Shown: positions 1 to 10,187, counted from the stretch's first letter. The stretch: DNA of 64,000 bases from Chthoniobacteraceae bacterium (GCA_031409655.1 JANNXQ010000259.1:25914-89913), one strand, 5' to 3'. Program-made: numbers and translations. The notes: generated from the sequence alone by a model not told the origin.

Positions 1-1
1 A

Positions 2-241
2 CGGACCAAGAGCCGCACCCTGGTAGAACTCACTCTCGAGACGGGGCGCCGGCACCAGATCCGCGTGCAACTCGCGGATGCCGGGTGCCCGATCGTAGGC
101 GATGAGAAATATGGCGCGAAGACCGATCCGGTAAAGCGCATCGCCCTGCACGCCCGCACCCTGCGCTTTATCCACCCGGTGACGAAAAAGGAGATGAGCT
201 TCGAGTCTCCGCTACCGCGCTTGCTGGGCCGGCTCATGTAA
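2..241 (+). CDS. RluA-family pseudouridine synthase, C-terminal fragment (5' truncated by window edge)
   Basis: Manual translation from base 2: ...LVELTLETGRRHQIRVQLADAGCPIVGDEKYG...IALHARTLRFIHPVTKKEMSFESPLP*. TGRxHQIR and GDxxY motifs are typical of RluA/C/D. Confidence 0.9.
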   Translation, partial: RTKSRTLVELTLETGRRHQIRVQLADAGCPIVGDEKYGAKTDPVKRIALHARTLRFIHPVTKKEMSFESPLPRLLGRLM

Positions 242-256
242 GCCGTGGCCGAAAAA

Positions 257-318
257 CAAGGAGCCGGGGCGCCCTCGCCCCCAGGTGCCGCGCGGGGCGA
301 GGGCGCCCTGGCTCCTTG
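257..318. repeat. GC-rich inverted repeat (REP-like hairpin or bidirectional terminator) between convergent genes
   Basis: CAAGGAGCCGGGGCGCCCTCGCCCC (257-281) pairs with GGGGCGAGGGCGCCCTGGCTCCTTG (294-318), 24/25. A similar left arm starts at about 63960. Confidence 0.75.
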
Positions 319-364
319 CGCGGGCCGCTCCGGGTGAAGCCGCAAACACCGCCCGGCGCTCTGG

Positions 365-982
365 TCATCCCATCGCTGTGGGCTGGCCGCCGCTCGGTCT
401 TTCCACCGTTCGCAATTTCCGACACGGATTGCCGGCATTCACCGTGAATGCTTCGACATCCTTCGTGACCACGGAACACGCGCCGATGACCGCACCCGCG
501 CCCACGGTCACTCCCGGCAGGAGAAAGCACCGCGCACCTATGAAAGCATCTTCCGCAATCCGGATCGGCATCGTCTCCAAAGGCAAACCCGGAACTCCGA
601 AAGCATGCGTGCCGGTGCAAAGATAAGCCTCCTGCGCCACCACCGCCCGCGGTCCGATTTCCACGAACCCGAGATTGTAGATATTCGCCCGATCGCCGAG
701 GCACGCCCCATTTCCCAACTTCAAAAGCCACGGCTTCTGAATCCGCGCCCGCTGATGGACAAAGGCCCAGCCATCGACCTCGGCCCCAAACAAGCGAAGC
801 CATCCCAGACGCCAGCCGTGCAGCGGCTTCGGCGTCCACTGGCAGAAAAAGCACCAGCACGCCTCCCAGAGCAGCATGCGGAGGCGTTCGCCAACGCCCC
901 AGGGCGAGGTCTGTGTGATCGTTTGCAAAGGTGCGATGGAAGAGGGGTGCGAGCCGCGTTGCTGATCGTCAATTTTCCCCAC
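365..982 (-). CDS. WcaF-like hexapeptide-repeat (LbH) O-acetyltransferase; start uncertain
   Basis: C-terminal part of ORF 365..1861: LRLFGAEV...PWLLKLGNGACLGDRANIYNLG...YLCTGTH...IGARCFLLPGVTVGAGAVIGACSVVTKDV...AGNP. The upstream part of that ORF is antisense to the adaptor gene and is not real. GTG at 982 chosen. Confidence 0.8.
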   Translation of the reverse strand: MGKIDDQQRGSHPSSIAPLQTITQTSPWGVGERLRMLLWEACWCFFCQWTPKPLHGWRLGWLRLFGAEVDGWAFVHQRARIQKPWLLKLGNGACLGDRANIYNLGFVEIGPRAVVAQEAYLCTGTHAFGVPGLPLETMPIRIAEDAFIGARCFLLPGVTVGAGAVIGACSVVTKDVEAFTVNAGNPCRKLRTVERPSGGQPTAMG

Positions 983-1012
983 TGGGACAAGCACAACCAA
1001 GGCCCGCCCCTC

Positions 1013-1137
1013 GGAGCGCCGCCGTCGCCGTGCGGGAAACGTGCCCGGTCGCGGAGCGCAAAAAAACTCCGGGCGCGGCGCAGAGAGGGAAGGGCGCTCC
1101 GCGACCGGGACGATGCCGCACGGGACGGCGGCGCTCC
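1013..1137. repeat. Nested inverted-repeat (REP-like) element between divergent genes
   Basis: Outer arms GGAGCGCCGCCGTCGCCGTGCGG / CCGCACGGGACGGCGGCGCTCC. Inner arms CCCGGTCGCGGAGCGC / GCGCTCCGCGACCGGG. The outer arm family recurs at about 20225-20346. Confidence 0.75.
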
Positions 1138-1207
1138 CGGGGGCGGGCCGCTTTGATGGAAGCGCTGTCGCGTGGCGGGCGTTTCGTGATACGGTGGTGA
1201 TTCGTCC

Positions 1208-2296
1208 ATGAAGAAGATACCCCTCCTGCTCGCGCTGGCTGCCCTCGGTGGCGGTGGTTGGTATTTTTTCGGCGATCGGCTGCAGGGCGGGAAGGGCGAT
1301 CCGCGGGCGGGGGAGAAGCTGCTGACGCGGGCGGAGAAGCGGGACATCGACTTTGCGGTGGAGGTGAGTGGGGATGTGGCGCCAGCGTTTCAGATCGATG
1401 TGAAGCCGGAGGTGGGGGGGAAGGTGAAGGCGCTGCACATCGAGCCGGGGGATACGGTGAAGACGGGGGATCTGCTCGCGGAGATCGATGATCGCGATCT
1501 GCTGACGGAGAAGGCCTCGGTGCTCACGGAGATCGAAGGGGCGCGGCTGGACGCGGAGAAGGTGCGGCGGAATTACGAGCGAGCGAAGGAGCTCTTTGAG
1601 CAAAAGCTGATCAGCAGCGAGGGCTATGAGAATCTTTCCTCCGAATCCGCGATGGCGGCGAATAACCTGGTGAAGGCGCAGCGGAAGCTGGATCTCGTGG
1701 AGGAGAAGCTGCGCAAGGCGCGGGTGACGTCGCCGATCGACGGGACGGTGCTGACGGTGCCGGTGCTGCAGGGGCAGGTAGTGATCGCCGCGGCGAGTGT
1801 GAATAGTGGCACGACGCTGCTGACCATTGCCAATCTCGCAAAGCTTTTGGTCGAGACGCACATCAACCAGGTGGACGTGGCGAAACTGGAACTCGACAAG
1901 CGCGTGAAGCTGCGCGCGGAGTCGCTGAAGGACGGGGAGATGGAGGCGCGGATTTCTTTCATCGCGCCGGTGGCCACGGTGAAGAATAACGTGAAGGGTT
2001 TCCAGGTGCAGGCGGTGATCGAGACGCCGGATCCGCGGCTGCGTCCGGGGATGACGGTGAATATGAATGTCCCCATCGCGAGCGTGGATGATGTGGTGAG
2101 CGTGCCGATCTCGGCGGTCTTTAAGGGGGAGGGGAATAAGAAGATCGTCTATGTGATGCAGGGTGAGGCACCGGAGAAACGCGAGGTGACGGTGGGGGTG
2201 ACGAACATCGACTTCGCGGAAATTTTGCAGGGGCTCGCGGTGGGTGAAAAGATCCTGCTCGTGGAGCCGGGCAAGGCGGGGAAGAAGAGTTCGTGA
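1208..2296 (+). CDS. Efflux periplasmic adaptor subunit (MacA/HlyD-like membrane fusion protein)
   Basis: N-terminal membrane anchor, lipoyl-like half motifs (VKPEVGGKV...GDTVKTGDLLAEID; VTSPIDGTV), coiled coil, LRPGMTV; upstream of ABC ATPase and permease. Confidence 0.9.
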   Translation: MKKIPLLLALAALGGGGWYFFGDRLQGGKGDPRAGEKLLTRAEKRDIDFAVEVSGDVAPAFQIDVKPEVGGKVKALHIEPGDTVKTGDLLAEIDDRDLLTEKASVLTEIEGARLDAEKVRRNYERAKELFEQKLISSEGYENLSSESAMAANNLVKAQRKLDLVEEKLRKARVTSPIDGTVLTVPVLQGQVVIAAASVNSGTTLLTIANLAKLLVETHINQVDVAKLELDKRVKLRAESLKDGEMEARISFIAPVATVKNNVKGFQVQAVIETPDPRLRPGMTVNMNVPIASVDDVVSVPISAVFKGEGNKKIVYVMQGEAPEKREVTVGVTNIDFAEILQGLAVGEKILLVEPGKAGKKSS

Positions 2297-2350
2297 GCGG
2301 AGGGACGGACTAGCGGTTGCGAGAAACAGCGTGGCGCGCTCTCACCCCAA

Positions 2351-3070
2351 ATGGCCCTCATCGAACTCACCGGCGTGACCAAACGCTACCGGATCGGCGA
2401 ACAGGAAATCGTGGCGCTCGATGGAATCGATCTGACGATCGAACAGGGGGAGTATGCGGCGATCATCGGGCCGAGCGGGAGTGGAAAATCGACGCTCATG
2501 CACTTACTCGGCTGTCTCGATACGCCGACCACGGGGCGGATGGTGATTGATGGTGTGGATGTCAGTCGCGCGAGCCAGAACCGGCTGGCAGAGCTGCGCA
2601 ATGCGAAGATCGGCTTTGTCTTCCAGAGCTTTAATCTGCTGCCGAAATTCAACGTCCTGCAAAACGTGGAACTGCCGATGATCTACTCCGGCGTCTCGGC
2701 GAAAGAGCGCCGGGATCGCGCCCTCGCTGCGATCGAGCGCGTGCAACTGACGAACCGGATCAAGAACACGCCGCTGCAACTGAGCGGCGGTCAGATGCAG
2801 CGCGTGGCCATCGCTCGCGCGCTGGTCAATGATCCGCGCATCGTCTTTGCCGATGAACCCACCGGTAACCTCGACTCGAAGACCGGAGCGACGATCCTCG
2901 AACTTTTTCGCGAACTGAGCGTGCAAGGCCGCACTGTCGTCCTCGTCACGCACGACACCAACATCGCCGCGCGGACGCCGCGGAGGATCGAGATGTGCGA
3001 TGGGAAGATCGTGGGGCAGGGCCGTGCGGAAGCCCTCGACGCCCCAGCGGCAACCCTCCACGCCGGATGA
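2351..3070 (+). CDS. ABC transporter ATP-binding protein (MacB/LolD family)
   Basis: Walker A GPSGSGKST, IGFVFQSFNLL, signature LSGGQMQRVAIARAL, Walker B FADEPTGNLD, H-loop VTHD. Confidence 0.95.
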   Translation: MALIELTGVTKRYRIGEQEIVALDGIDLTIEQGEYAAIIGPSGSGKSTLMHLLGCLDTPTTGRMVIDGVDVSRASQNRLAELRNAKIGFVFQSFNLLPKFNVLQNVELPMIYSGVSAKERRDRALAAIERVQLTNRIKNTPLQLSGGQMQRVAIARALVNDPRIVFADEPTGNLDSKTGATILELFRELSVQGRTVVLVTHDTNIAARTPRRIEMCDGKIVGQGRAEALDAPAATLHAG

Positions 3071-4413
3071 ATCTCTGGCTCGGCTTTGGCATCGGTCTGA
3101 AGGAAATCTGGGCGCATAAGTTCCGCAGCATTCTGACCATGCTTGGGGTGATCCTGGGGGTGGCGTCGCTGCTCTCCATGTTTTCCCTCACGGCCGGAAT
3201 GGCTCGCGGGATGCGCGAATACATGGCGCAGATGGGCGGCATCGAACTCGTGAGCGTCATCCGGCAGGAGCCGCCACAGGAGCAGGAATCCTTTGCCGAG
3301 ATTTCTCCCGGTCGCTCCATCCTTGATGCGGAAGCCATCGAGCGGCACGCGGATCTCGTCTCCGCGGTTTCGCCGGTCGCCACTGTCGCGGTCGCGAATC
3401 TGGTGGTGGGCGCGAATAACTTCAAAGGCTCCGTGGATGGGAGCTGGCCGGACTACATCGCGGTGAACAAGCACGTCGTCGAACGCGGTCGCGGGCTCTG
3501 CTGGCTGGACGTGGAGCAGGCGCAACACGTCTGCGTGATCGGCGCGACGATCGTGGAAAAGCTGTGGCCAGACCGGCCGGGTTTTGACGCGGTCGGCGAG
3601 TCGATCCTGATCAATCAGCGTCCGTTCAAGGTCGTGGGCGTCTTTGAGTTTTATGAGCGCGAAGAAGACAAACGCCGGCGGGAACTGGGGATCAAGACGA
3701 GTCAGATCAGCAGCAGCGGACGCAAGCGGGAGAGCTCAGGGAGCAATCGTTACAGCCCTTTTTCCCGGAAGAACTCCTGCGTGCTCGTGCCGATCTCGAC
3801 GCTCTTTTATGAATTCCGGAGTGCGAATGTGGTCGGGAAGGAAGACCAGGGGCCCGACTACCGCCTGGATAGCTTGCAGATTCAGATCGCCGATACCACG
3901 CGCTTTGCCGAGACCATCGGGCAGGTAAGTAACATCGTCCGCTCGACCCATCGCGGCATCGAGGACTTCGGCTTCGACACGCGCGAGGAGTGGTTTGATA
4001 ACATCGAGAATGCGGTGCGGAACATCCGCAACTCCGGCGGCATCATCGCGGGCATCTCGCTGATCGTCGGCGGCATCGGCATCACGAACATCATGCTGGC
4101 CTCGATCACCGAGCGCATCCGCGAGATCGGCGTGCGGCGGGCGGTGGGGGCAAAGGGACGCGACATCTTCGTGCAGATCGTCGTGGAGAGCGCGGTCATT
4201 GGGATCATCGGCGGCCTGCTCGGGCTCGTCGCCAGCACCGGGGTCATTCGCTTACTCATCGCCATTTCCTCAAATGAGAATCGACCGGTGATCGAACTGA
4301 ACGACGTGCTGGTCAGCTTCGGGTTCGCGGTGATCATCGGGATTGTCAGCGGCTTCTATCCCGCGGTGAAGGCGAGTCGGCTCGATCCCATCGAGGCGCT
4401 GCGCTACGGCTGA
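3067..4413 (+). CDS. ABC transporter permease (MacB/FtsX family)
   Basis: ATG at 3067 overlaps the upstream stop (ATGA). RSILTMLGVILGVAS, GGIGITNIMLASITERIREIGVRRAVGA, PAVKASRLDPIEALRY. Confidence 0.93.
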   Translation: MNLWLGFGIGLKEIWAHKFRSILTMLGVILGVASLLSMFSLTAGMARGMREYMAQMGGIELVSVIRQEPPQEQESFAEISPGRSILDAEAIERHADLVSAVSPVATVAVANLVVGANNFKGSVDGSWPDYIAVNKHVVERGRGLCWLDVEQAQHVCVIGATIVEKLWPDRPGFDAVGESILINQRPFKVVGVFEFYEREEDKRRRELGIKTSQISSSGRKRESSGSNRYSPFSRKNSCVLVPISTLFYEFRSANVVGKEDQGPDYRLDSLQIQIADTTRFAETIGQVSNIVRSTHRGIEDFGFDTREEWFDNIENAVRNIRNSGGIIAGISLIVGGIGITNIMLASITERIREIGVRRAVGAKGRDIFVQIVVESAVIGIIGGLLGLVASTGVIRLLIAISSNENRPVIELNDVLVSFGFAVIIGIVSGFYPAVKASRLDPIEALRYG

Positions 4414-5162
4414 GGGTTGGCGCGGGATTTGGCCTGGCGCAACTTTGCCAGCGCTTCTTCGCCGAGCGGCGTGCGGCTTTTCACGCGCAAACTCTCAGCC
4501 CATTCGCGGGCAAAATCCCGCTGATGGTGGCGGACGATCAGCGCCGTGATCACCATGGCGAGCAGGGCACCAAGACTGGCGAGGGCCATGTCTTTGTGCG
4601 CGTCCCAGATGTCGCCCTGGGTGCCGAGATAGGCCTGGCCGAGCTCGCCGCCAAAGAATTCCGCCGCCGCCCACTCGATGAGTTCGTAGAGCAGCGAGGT
4701 GGACATGGTGAAATCCAGCGGCAGGAAGTAGCCCCAAAAGCCGCGCACGTCGGCGATGCGCAGGAAGAGTTCGCGCAATGGATAGGCGAGGAGGAAGCCG
4801 TAGAGGAAATGGACGACGCGGTCGAAGTGGTTGCGCTGCCAGCCGAAGAGTTCATTGAACGAGCGCCCGGTGAGACTGCGCCACCAGGCGTCATACGGCA
4901 CCTCGGCGTAGGTGTAGTGGGCCCCGACTTCGTGCAGGCAGAGGAAAAGGAAGACCAGCGTGTAAGAGATGCGGGAGAGGGGGCAACGCCGATGCAGCAC
5001 CGCGAGGACCACCAGCGCCGCGACGACGAGGGCATTTTCCAGCAGCCAATCCGCGCGATGCCACGGCGCGATCCCGAGCGGAATCGCGAGCGCAAGGAAA
5101 AGAGCGAGGAGGATGGCAACGTAGCGGTGGTGGGGGATACTTCGGAGCATCATATCGGGCAC
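4404..5162 (-). CDS. DUF2238 (YjdF-like) inner membrane protein; start may be about 5150
   Basis: WLLEN, LHEVGAHYTYAEVP, RNHFDRVVHFLYG, YELIEW, LGTQGDIWDAHKDM motifs; multiple TM segments. Confidence 0.85.
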   Translation of the reverse strand: MPDMMLRSIPHHRYVAILLALFLALAIPLGIAPWHRADWLLENALVVAALVVLAVLHRRCPLSRISYTLVFLFLCLHEVGAHYTYAEVPYDAWWRSLTGRSFNELFGWQRNHFDRVVHFLYGFLLAYPLRELFLRIADVRGFWGYFLPLDFTMSTSLLYELIEWAAAEFFGGELGQAYLGTQGDIWDAHKDMALASLGALLAMVITALIVRHHQRDFAREWAESLRVKSRTPLGEEALAKLRQAKSRANPQP

Positions 5163-5173
5163 AGGAAGGCCTC

Positions 5174-5306
5174 GTTTGGAGTTTGGAGTTTGGAGTTTGA
5201 AGTTTGGCGTTGAACCGCTGCCTTTTGCCCAAAGCGGTCCAGGCCATGGAGGCGCGAGCCGCCGCGTTTAACACCAAAAGCCAAACTTCAAACGCCAAAC
5301 TTCAAA
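5174..5306. repeat. Heptamer tandem-repeat hairpin, (GTTTGGA/GTTTGAA/GTTTGGC)n ... (AAACGCC/AAACTTC)n
   Basis: Left arm CGTTTGGAGTTTGGAGTTTGGAGTTTGAAGTTTGGCGTT; right arm CCAAACTTCAAACGCCAAACTTCAAA. Same family at 13484, 55256 and 61428. Confidence 0.85.
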
Positions 5307-5409
5307 TACGGATGCGCCCGCACCTTGCTCGCCCGCACGAAGCGGCTAAGCTCGCCCCGCTCTGAACGCTTATCCCCGAGCACCAGAATCTCCTCGCACC
5401 GCCTTCCTT

Positions 5410-8400
5410 ATGCATCTCGGAAAATCCCTCCTGCTCGTGGCCGTATTGGCCATGCCCTCCGCGCTCCGCGCCAACGCTCTCACCTCGGAAATGGCCGCCA
5501 AACCCGCGCCGGAAGCGCTTCCCGCTGGCGCCCAAATCGCCGGTCTCGAGGTGCAGCCGACGAGCGTCGCTTTGACTGGAAGATACGAATGCGCGCAACT
5601 CGTGGTGACGGCGAAGCTCACCTCGGGCGCCGTGGCCGATGTGACGCGCCTCGCCAAGCTCCAACTGGACGGGGGCATCGCCGAAGTCACGCCGCTCGGC
5701 CAGGTGAAGCCGCTGAAAAATGGCACGGGCGCGCTGCGGATCGAGATCGGCGGAAAGACCGCCACCGTGCCAGTGGCCGTCGTCGAAATGAAAGACGTGC
5801 AACCCGTGGATTTCATCCGCGACGTGAACCCCGTGATGACGAAGGTCGGCTGCAATGCCGGCGCGTGTCATGGAGCGAAGGATGGAAAGGTGGGCTTCAA
5901 GCTTTCGCTCCGCGGTTACGATCCGATCTTCGATGTGCGTTCGCTGAAGGACGACCTCGCTGGCCGCCGCCTGAATGTCGCGTCGCCCGATGATTCGCTC
6001 ATGCTCCTGAAGTCCACCGCTGGCGTGCCCCATGAGGGCGGCCAGAAGGTGAAGCTGGGCGACAAATACTATGAGATGCTGCGGGCGTGGATCGCCGATG
6101 GCGCGAAGCTCGACCTCCAGGCGCCGCGGGTTACGAAGATCGATGTCTTTCCGAAAGATCCCGTCGTCCAGCAGATCGGCGCGCGGCAGCAGGTGCGCAT
6201 CGTCGCCACCTTTTCCGACGGTCGCACGCGGGATGTAACCGCCGAATCTTTTGTCGATAGCGGCAATACCGACGTAGCTAAGACTGACGGCGGTGGGCTC
6301 GTCGAGACGCTGCGCCGCGGGGAAGCTCCGTTACTCGCTCGTTACGAAGGTAACTACGCGGCGACGACCCTGACCGTCATGGGGGATCGCACGGGCTTTA
6401 CCTGGAAGCAGCCTGAGACCTGGGGGCGCATCGACGAACTCGTCGCGGCCAAGTGGGAGCGGATGAAGATCGAGCCGAGCGGCCTTTGCTCGGATGCGGA
6501 GTATCTCCGCCGCGTGTCTCTCGACCTCACCGGATTGCCACCCACCGCCGACGAAGTGCGGGCCTTTATCGCCGATCCCCGCCCCCCACGCGAAAAGCGG
6601 AATCAACTCGTCGATCAGCTCATCGGCTCGCCGGAGTTTGTCGATCACTGGACGAATAAGTGGGCGGACATGCTGCAGGTGAATTCAAAGTTCCTCGGCA
6701 CGGAAGGGGCGAAACTCTTCCGGGATTGGATCAAGAAGCAGGTCGCGGCGAATACGCCTTACGATCAATTCGTCCGGGAGATCGTCACGGCGACGGGCTC
6801 GAATAAGGAAAACCCCGCGGCGAGTTACTGGAAGATCCTGCGCGATCCAGCGGAGGCGATGGAGAATACTACGCACCTTTTCCTGGCCACCCGCTTCAAT
6901 TGCAACAAGTGCCACGATCATCCTTTTGAGCGCTGGACCCAGGATCAGTATTACCACCTCGGTGCTTTCTTCTCCCAGGTGGACCTGAAGGCCGATCCGG
7001 CCGCCGGCAAGCAAGTCATCGTCGGCACCGCGGTGGACAAAGCCAAGCCGCTCTACGAGATCGTGAGCGATGCGCCGAAGGGCGACATGATCCACCTGCG
7101 CACCAATAAGGTCGCTGAACCGACCTTCCCATTCCCGGCGAAAGCCGAATCCCTAGGCACGCGCCGTGAGCAACTCGGCGCCTGGATCACCAGCGCGGAC
7201 AATCGCTTCTTTGCCTCCAGTTACGCGAATCGTATCTGGGGTTATTTGCTTGGCGCCGGGATCATCGAGCCGCTCGATGACACGCGGGCGGGGAATCCGC
7301 CGACCAATCCAGAGTTACTCGATTACCTCGCCAAGGAGTTTGTCGGCAGTGGCTTCGACGTGCGGCATGTGATGCGTCTCGTGGCCAAGTCCCGCACTTA
7401 TCAATTGAGCGTCGCCACGAATCAATGGAATGAGGACGACAAGATCAACTATTCCCACGCCCTCGCCCGCCGACTCCCGGCGGAAGTCCTCTACGACTCC
7501 GTGCTGAAAGTGACCGGGGCTGCGACCAAGCTGCCCGGCGGAATGCTCGCCGGCCTGCTGCCGGATTCGCAGAGTGATCTCCCGAGTGGTTTCCTCGCGA
7601 ACCTCGGTCGCCCGGCGCGGGAAAGTTCCTGTGAGTGTGAACGGAGCAGCGACTTGCGGCTCGGCGGCGTCATGGCGCTCTTGAGCGGAGCGGCGGTGGG
7701 GGACGCGATCGGCGATCCGAAGAATGCCCTCGGCAAACTGGTGGCCGACCAGCCGGATGATGCCAAGGTCGTGGACGAGATCTTCCATCGCGTCCTGAGC
7801 CGGCCGGCGAAGCGGAGCGAGGTCGAGAAGACGCTCGCGAGTTGGTCTGAGATCGATGCCGAGCACCAGACCCTGCTGGCGGATCGTGACCTCAAGGAAA
7901 AGGAGCAGGCTCCGATCGTGGCCCGGATGGAAGGCGAACGCACGGCGGCAATGACGGCCGCAAAGCTGGAGCTGGCGCGCCAAGAAGCCGAGATCGCTCC
8001 GAAGGTGGCCGAGGCGGAGAAAAGGCGCGTCGCTGATGCTGCGGCAGCAGATGCGGCGGTCAAGGAATACACCAAGCTGAAGCTCACGTCGGCGCGGGCA
8101 AACTTTGAGGAGACGGTGCCTGTCGCCCGCACTTATACGGCCTGGCAGTTACTCGATCCGAGTGACCTTCGCGCGACCAATCAGGCGACGCTCACCAAAC
8201 TGTCTGATGGCTCGATCAAGGCCGGTTCAGTTCGGCCGAACAGCGTCGATTACACGATCACTGCTGATACCAAAGTTGCGGGGATCACGGGTTTCCTCCT
8301 CGAAGTCCTGCCCAGTGCCGACGAGGCGAACTTCGGCCCCGGACGCGCCGTTGGTAACTTTGTGCTCGGGGAATTCAGCGTAAAAGCTGGCGAGTTGCGT

Positions 8401-9036
8401 GGCCAGCCCACCAATGACGTGGCGTTCACCGAGGCTTACGCGGACTATAGTCAGGATAAGTTCGCCGCCAAGGATGCCATCGACGGTAAAAAGAACGACG
8501 GCAAAAATGGCTGGGCGGTCGCGAGTCAGTTTGGCGTCCCGCACTATGCGGCTTTCGCGGTCAAGAAACCGCTCGGCGACGCGAAAGGCTCGCGCCTGCG
8601 CATTGAACTCAATCAGCCCCGCACCGGTAACTTCAGCATCGGGCGCTTCCGTCTTTGGGTGACGACGTCCAGCCAGCCATTGAGCATCGGGCTTCCCATG
8701 CCGGTCGCCGAAGCGCTCAAGAAGCCCGCCAACGCCCGAAGCAACGAAGACCAACAGGCGATCGCGACTTATTGGAGCGGGGCCGACCCGGCGCTAAGCA
8801 AGCTCCGGCTTGCCTTCGAGAAGTTCCAACTGCCGCTGCCGACGGATCCCGGGATCCTCGAGCGCCGCGCGACTTTGGCGAAAGTGGAGGAACCCATTCG
8901 TCTCGATCCGAAGCTCGTCCAACTGCGGCAAGACGCCGAGCAGAGCAAGCTGCTCATGGCCAACAAACGCCTCACCGCCGCTCAGGACTTAACTTGGGCG
9001 CTGATCAATAACCCGGCGTTTCTTTTCAATCACTAA
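5410..9036 (+). CDS. DUF1549/DUF1553 (PSD1, planctomycete cytochrome c-associated) secreted protein with Ig-like and coiled-coil/carbohydrate-binding-like regions
   Basis: Signal peptide; GCNAGACHG; FKLSLRGYD; YLRRVSLDLTGLPPT; CNKCHDHPF; NRIWGYLLGAGIIEPLDD; FLANLGRPARESSCECER; DLTWALINNPAFLFNH. Confidence 0.88.
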   Translation: MHLGKSLLLVAVLAMPSALRANALTSEMAAKPAPEALPAGAQIAGLEVQPTSVALTGRYECAQLVVTAKLTSGAVADVTRLAKLQLDGGIAEVTPLGQVKPLKNGTGALRIEIGGKTATVPVAVVEMKDVQPVDFIRDVNPVMTKVGCNAGACHGAKDGKVGFKLSLRGYDPIFDVRSLKDDLAGRRLNVASPDDSLMLLKSTAGVPHEGGQKVKLGDKYYEMLRAWIADGAKLDLQAPRVTKIDVFPKDPVVQQIGARQQVRIVATFSDGRTRDVTAESFVDSGNTDVAKTDGGGLVETLRRGEAPLLARYEGNYAATTLTVMGDRTGFTWKQPETWGRIDELVAAKWERMKIEPSGLCSDAEYLRRVSLDLTGLPPTADEVRAFIADPRPPREKRNQLVDQLIGSPEFVDHWTNKWADMLQVNSKFLGTEGAKLFRDWIKKQVAANTPYDQFVREIVTATGSNKENPAASYWKILRDPAEAMENTTHLFLATRFNCNKCHDHPFERWTQDQYYHLGAFFSQVDLKADPAAGKQVIVGTAVDKAKPLYEIVSDAPKGDMIHLRTNKVAEPTFPFPAKAESLGTRREQLGAWITSADNRFFASSYANRIWGYLLGAGIIEPLDDTRAGNPPTNPELLDYLAKEFVGSGFDVRHVMRLVAKSRTYQLSVATNQWNEDDKINYSHALARRLPAEVLYDSVLKVTGAATKLPGGMLAGLLPDSQSDLPSGFLANLGRPARESSCECERSSDLRLGGVMALLSGAAVGDAIGDPKNALGKLVADQPDDAKVVDEIFHRVLSRPAKRSEVEKTLASWSEIDAEHQTLLADRDLKEKEQAPIVARMEGERTAAMTAAKLELARQEAEIAPKVAEAEKRRVADAAAADAAVKEYTKLKLTSARANFEETVPVARTYTAWQLLDPSDLRATNQATLTKLSDGSIKAGSVRPNSVDYTITADTKVAGITGFLLEVLPSADEANFGPGRAVGNFVLGEFSVKAGELRGQPTNDVAFTEAYADYSQDKFAAKDAIDGKKNDGKNGWAVASQFGVPHYAAFAVKKPLGDAKGSRLRIELNQPRTGNFSIGRFRLWVTTSSQPLSIGLPMPVAEALKKPANARSNEDQQAIATYWSGADPALSKLRLAFEKFQLPLPTDPGILERRATLAKVEEPIRLDPKLVQLRQDAEQSKLLMANKRLTAAQDLTWALINNPAFLFNH

Positions 9037-9039
9037 GGC

Positions 9040-9723
9040 CTACTTCAGCTCCTTGATCAGGATATTCCGCCAGCGGACCTCTTCGCCGACTTTCTCGACG
9101 TTCTTGCCGATGCCGTGGACTTGCAGGGCGATGAGGCCTTCCTTGGTCAGGCCGTCTTTCAGGTCGGCCGCGGGGACGCCGTTGATCCACGTCTTGATGC
9201 TGTCGCCGCGGCATTCGATGCGGGCGGCGTTCCATTCGCCCTGTTTGAAGGCCTTGCGGGCGGGTTCGTTTTCCTTGAGGTCGTTGAGCCAGCCACGGCG
9301 GCCTTCATCATAGACGCCGCCAGAGTAGGCGCGGTCGCTCGGATCGATCTCGTATTGGTAGCCAAAGACGCGATCGGCATCGAGTTTCTTTGGCCTGCCG
9401 GCGATCTCGATGGTTTTCGCCTCCGCGTTGATTTCGCTGCGGAATTGGACGCCCGAGTTCATGTCTTTCGCGACTTTGAATTCAAACTCGAGGATGAAGT
9501 CGCCGTACTTCTTTTTCGTGCAGAGGAAGGAGTTGCCGGTATTGGCCACGGTCTTGCCGACGACGGCGCCGTCTTCCACGCGATACTCGGCAGTGCCGCT
9601 GTGCTGCTCCCAGCCATCGAGGGTTTTGCCGTCGAAGAGTTTGACAAAGCCATCGTCCGCTGCGCGGACGGGGAGGGTGAAGGTGACGGCGAGGGCGGCG
9701 GCGGAGAGGAGGGAGAGTTTCAT
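9040..9723 (-). CDS. DUF1080 family (3-keto-disaccharide hydrolase-like) secreted protein
   Basis: Signal peptide MKLSLLSAAALAV; LFDGKTLDGW, YGDFILEFEFK, NSGVQFRS, GEWN, GLIALQVH, VRWRNI. Confidence 0.9.
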   Translation of the reverse strand: MKLSLLSAAALAVTFTLPVRAADDGFVKLFDGKTLDGWEQHSGTAEYRVEDGAVVGKTVANTGNSFLCTKKKYGDFILEFEFKVAKDMNSGVQFRSEINAEAKTIEIAGRPKKLDADRVFGYQYEIDPSDRAYSGGVYDEGRRGWLNDLKENEPARKAFKQGEWNAARIECRGDSIKTWINGVPAADLKDGLTKEGLIALQVHGIGKNVEKVGEEVRWRNILIKELK

Positions 9724-9839
9724 TGGGTGGTGACGGACCAATCCTCGCGGAGATCGCTTATTTGGGGGAGTCTTTTCGGAGGGGTGATTTAGCGGTTTCC
9801 TTTTTGCCGGCGAACTCGAACGCTCCACGGCACCGCGTC

Positions 9840-10187
9840 ATGAAAACTCCCGCCATCTCGATCCTTTACTTTGCGCTGGCTGCCTTCTTTGGGGCGCTGG
9901 GGCAATTTCTCTACAAGTCCGGTGCCGAGCGCGCGGGTGGCGGGCTGGCCAGTTATCTCCTGAATGGGCGTCTGCTCAGTGGAGTCATCTGCTACGGGGT
10001 AGTAATGGGGCTTTTTGTGGCGGCGTTTAAGAAAGGCGGCGCGATCACGACGCTCTATCCGGTCTATGCGAGCACCTTCATCTGGGCAGCGGTGATCGCG
10101 TGGTGGGCCTTTGGCGAGCCGATCAAACTGGTGAATGTGGGCGGCATGGCGGCGCTGATTGCCGGGATGTACTTGATGGCGCGGTGA
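9840..10187 (+). CDS. Small 4-TM DMT/SMR (EamA/ArnE-like) membrane protein
   Basis: 115 aa, four hydrophobic helices, GQFLYKSG, LYPVYASTFIW, FGEPI. Confidence 0.75.
   Translation: MKTPAISILYFALAAFFGALGQFLYKSGAERAGGGLASYLLNGRLLSGVICYGVVMGLFVAAFKKGGAITTLYPVYASTFIWAAVIAWWAFGEPIKLVNVGGMAALIAGMYLMAR

Noticed and set aside
983..1861. N-terminal ~290 aa of ORF 365..1861
   Set aside because: Antisense to the MacA-like gene and runs through a palindromic repeat; only the C-terminal acetyltransferase part looks real.
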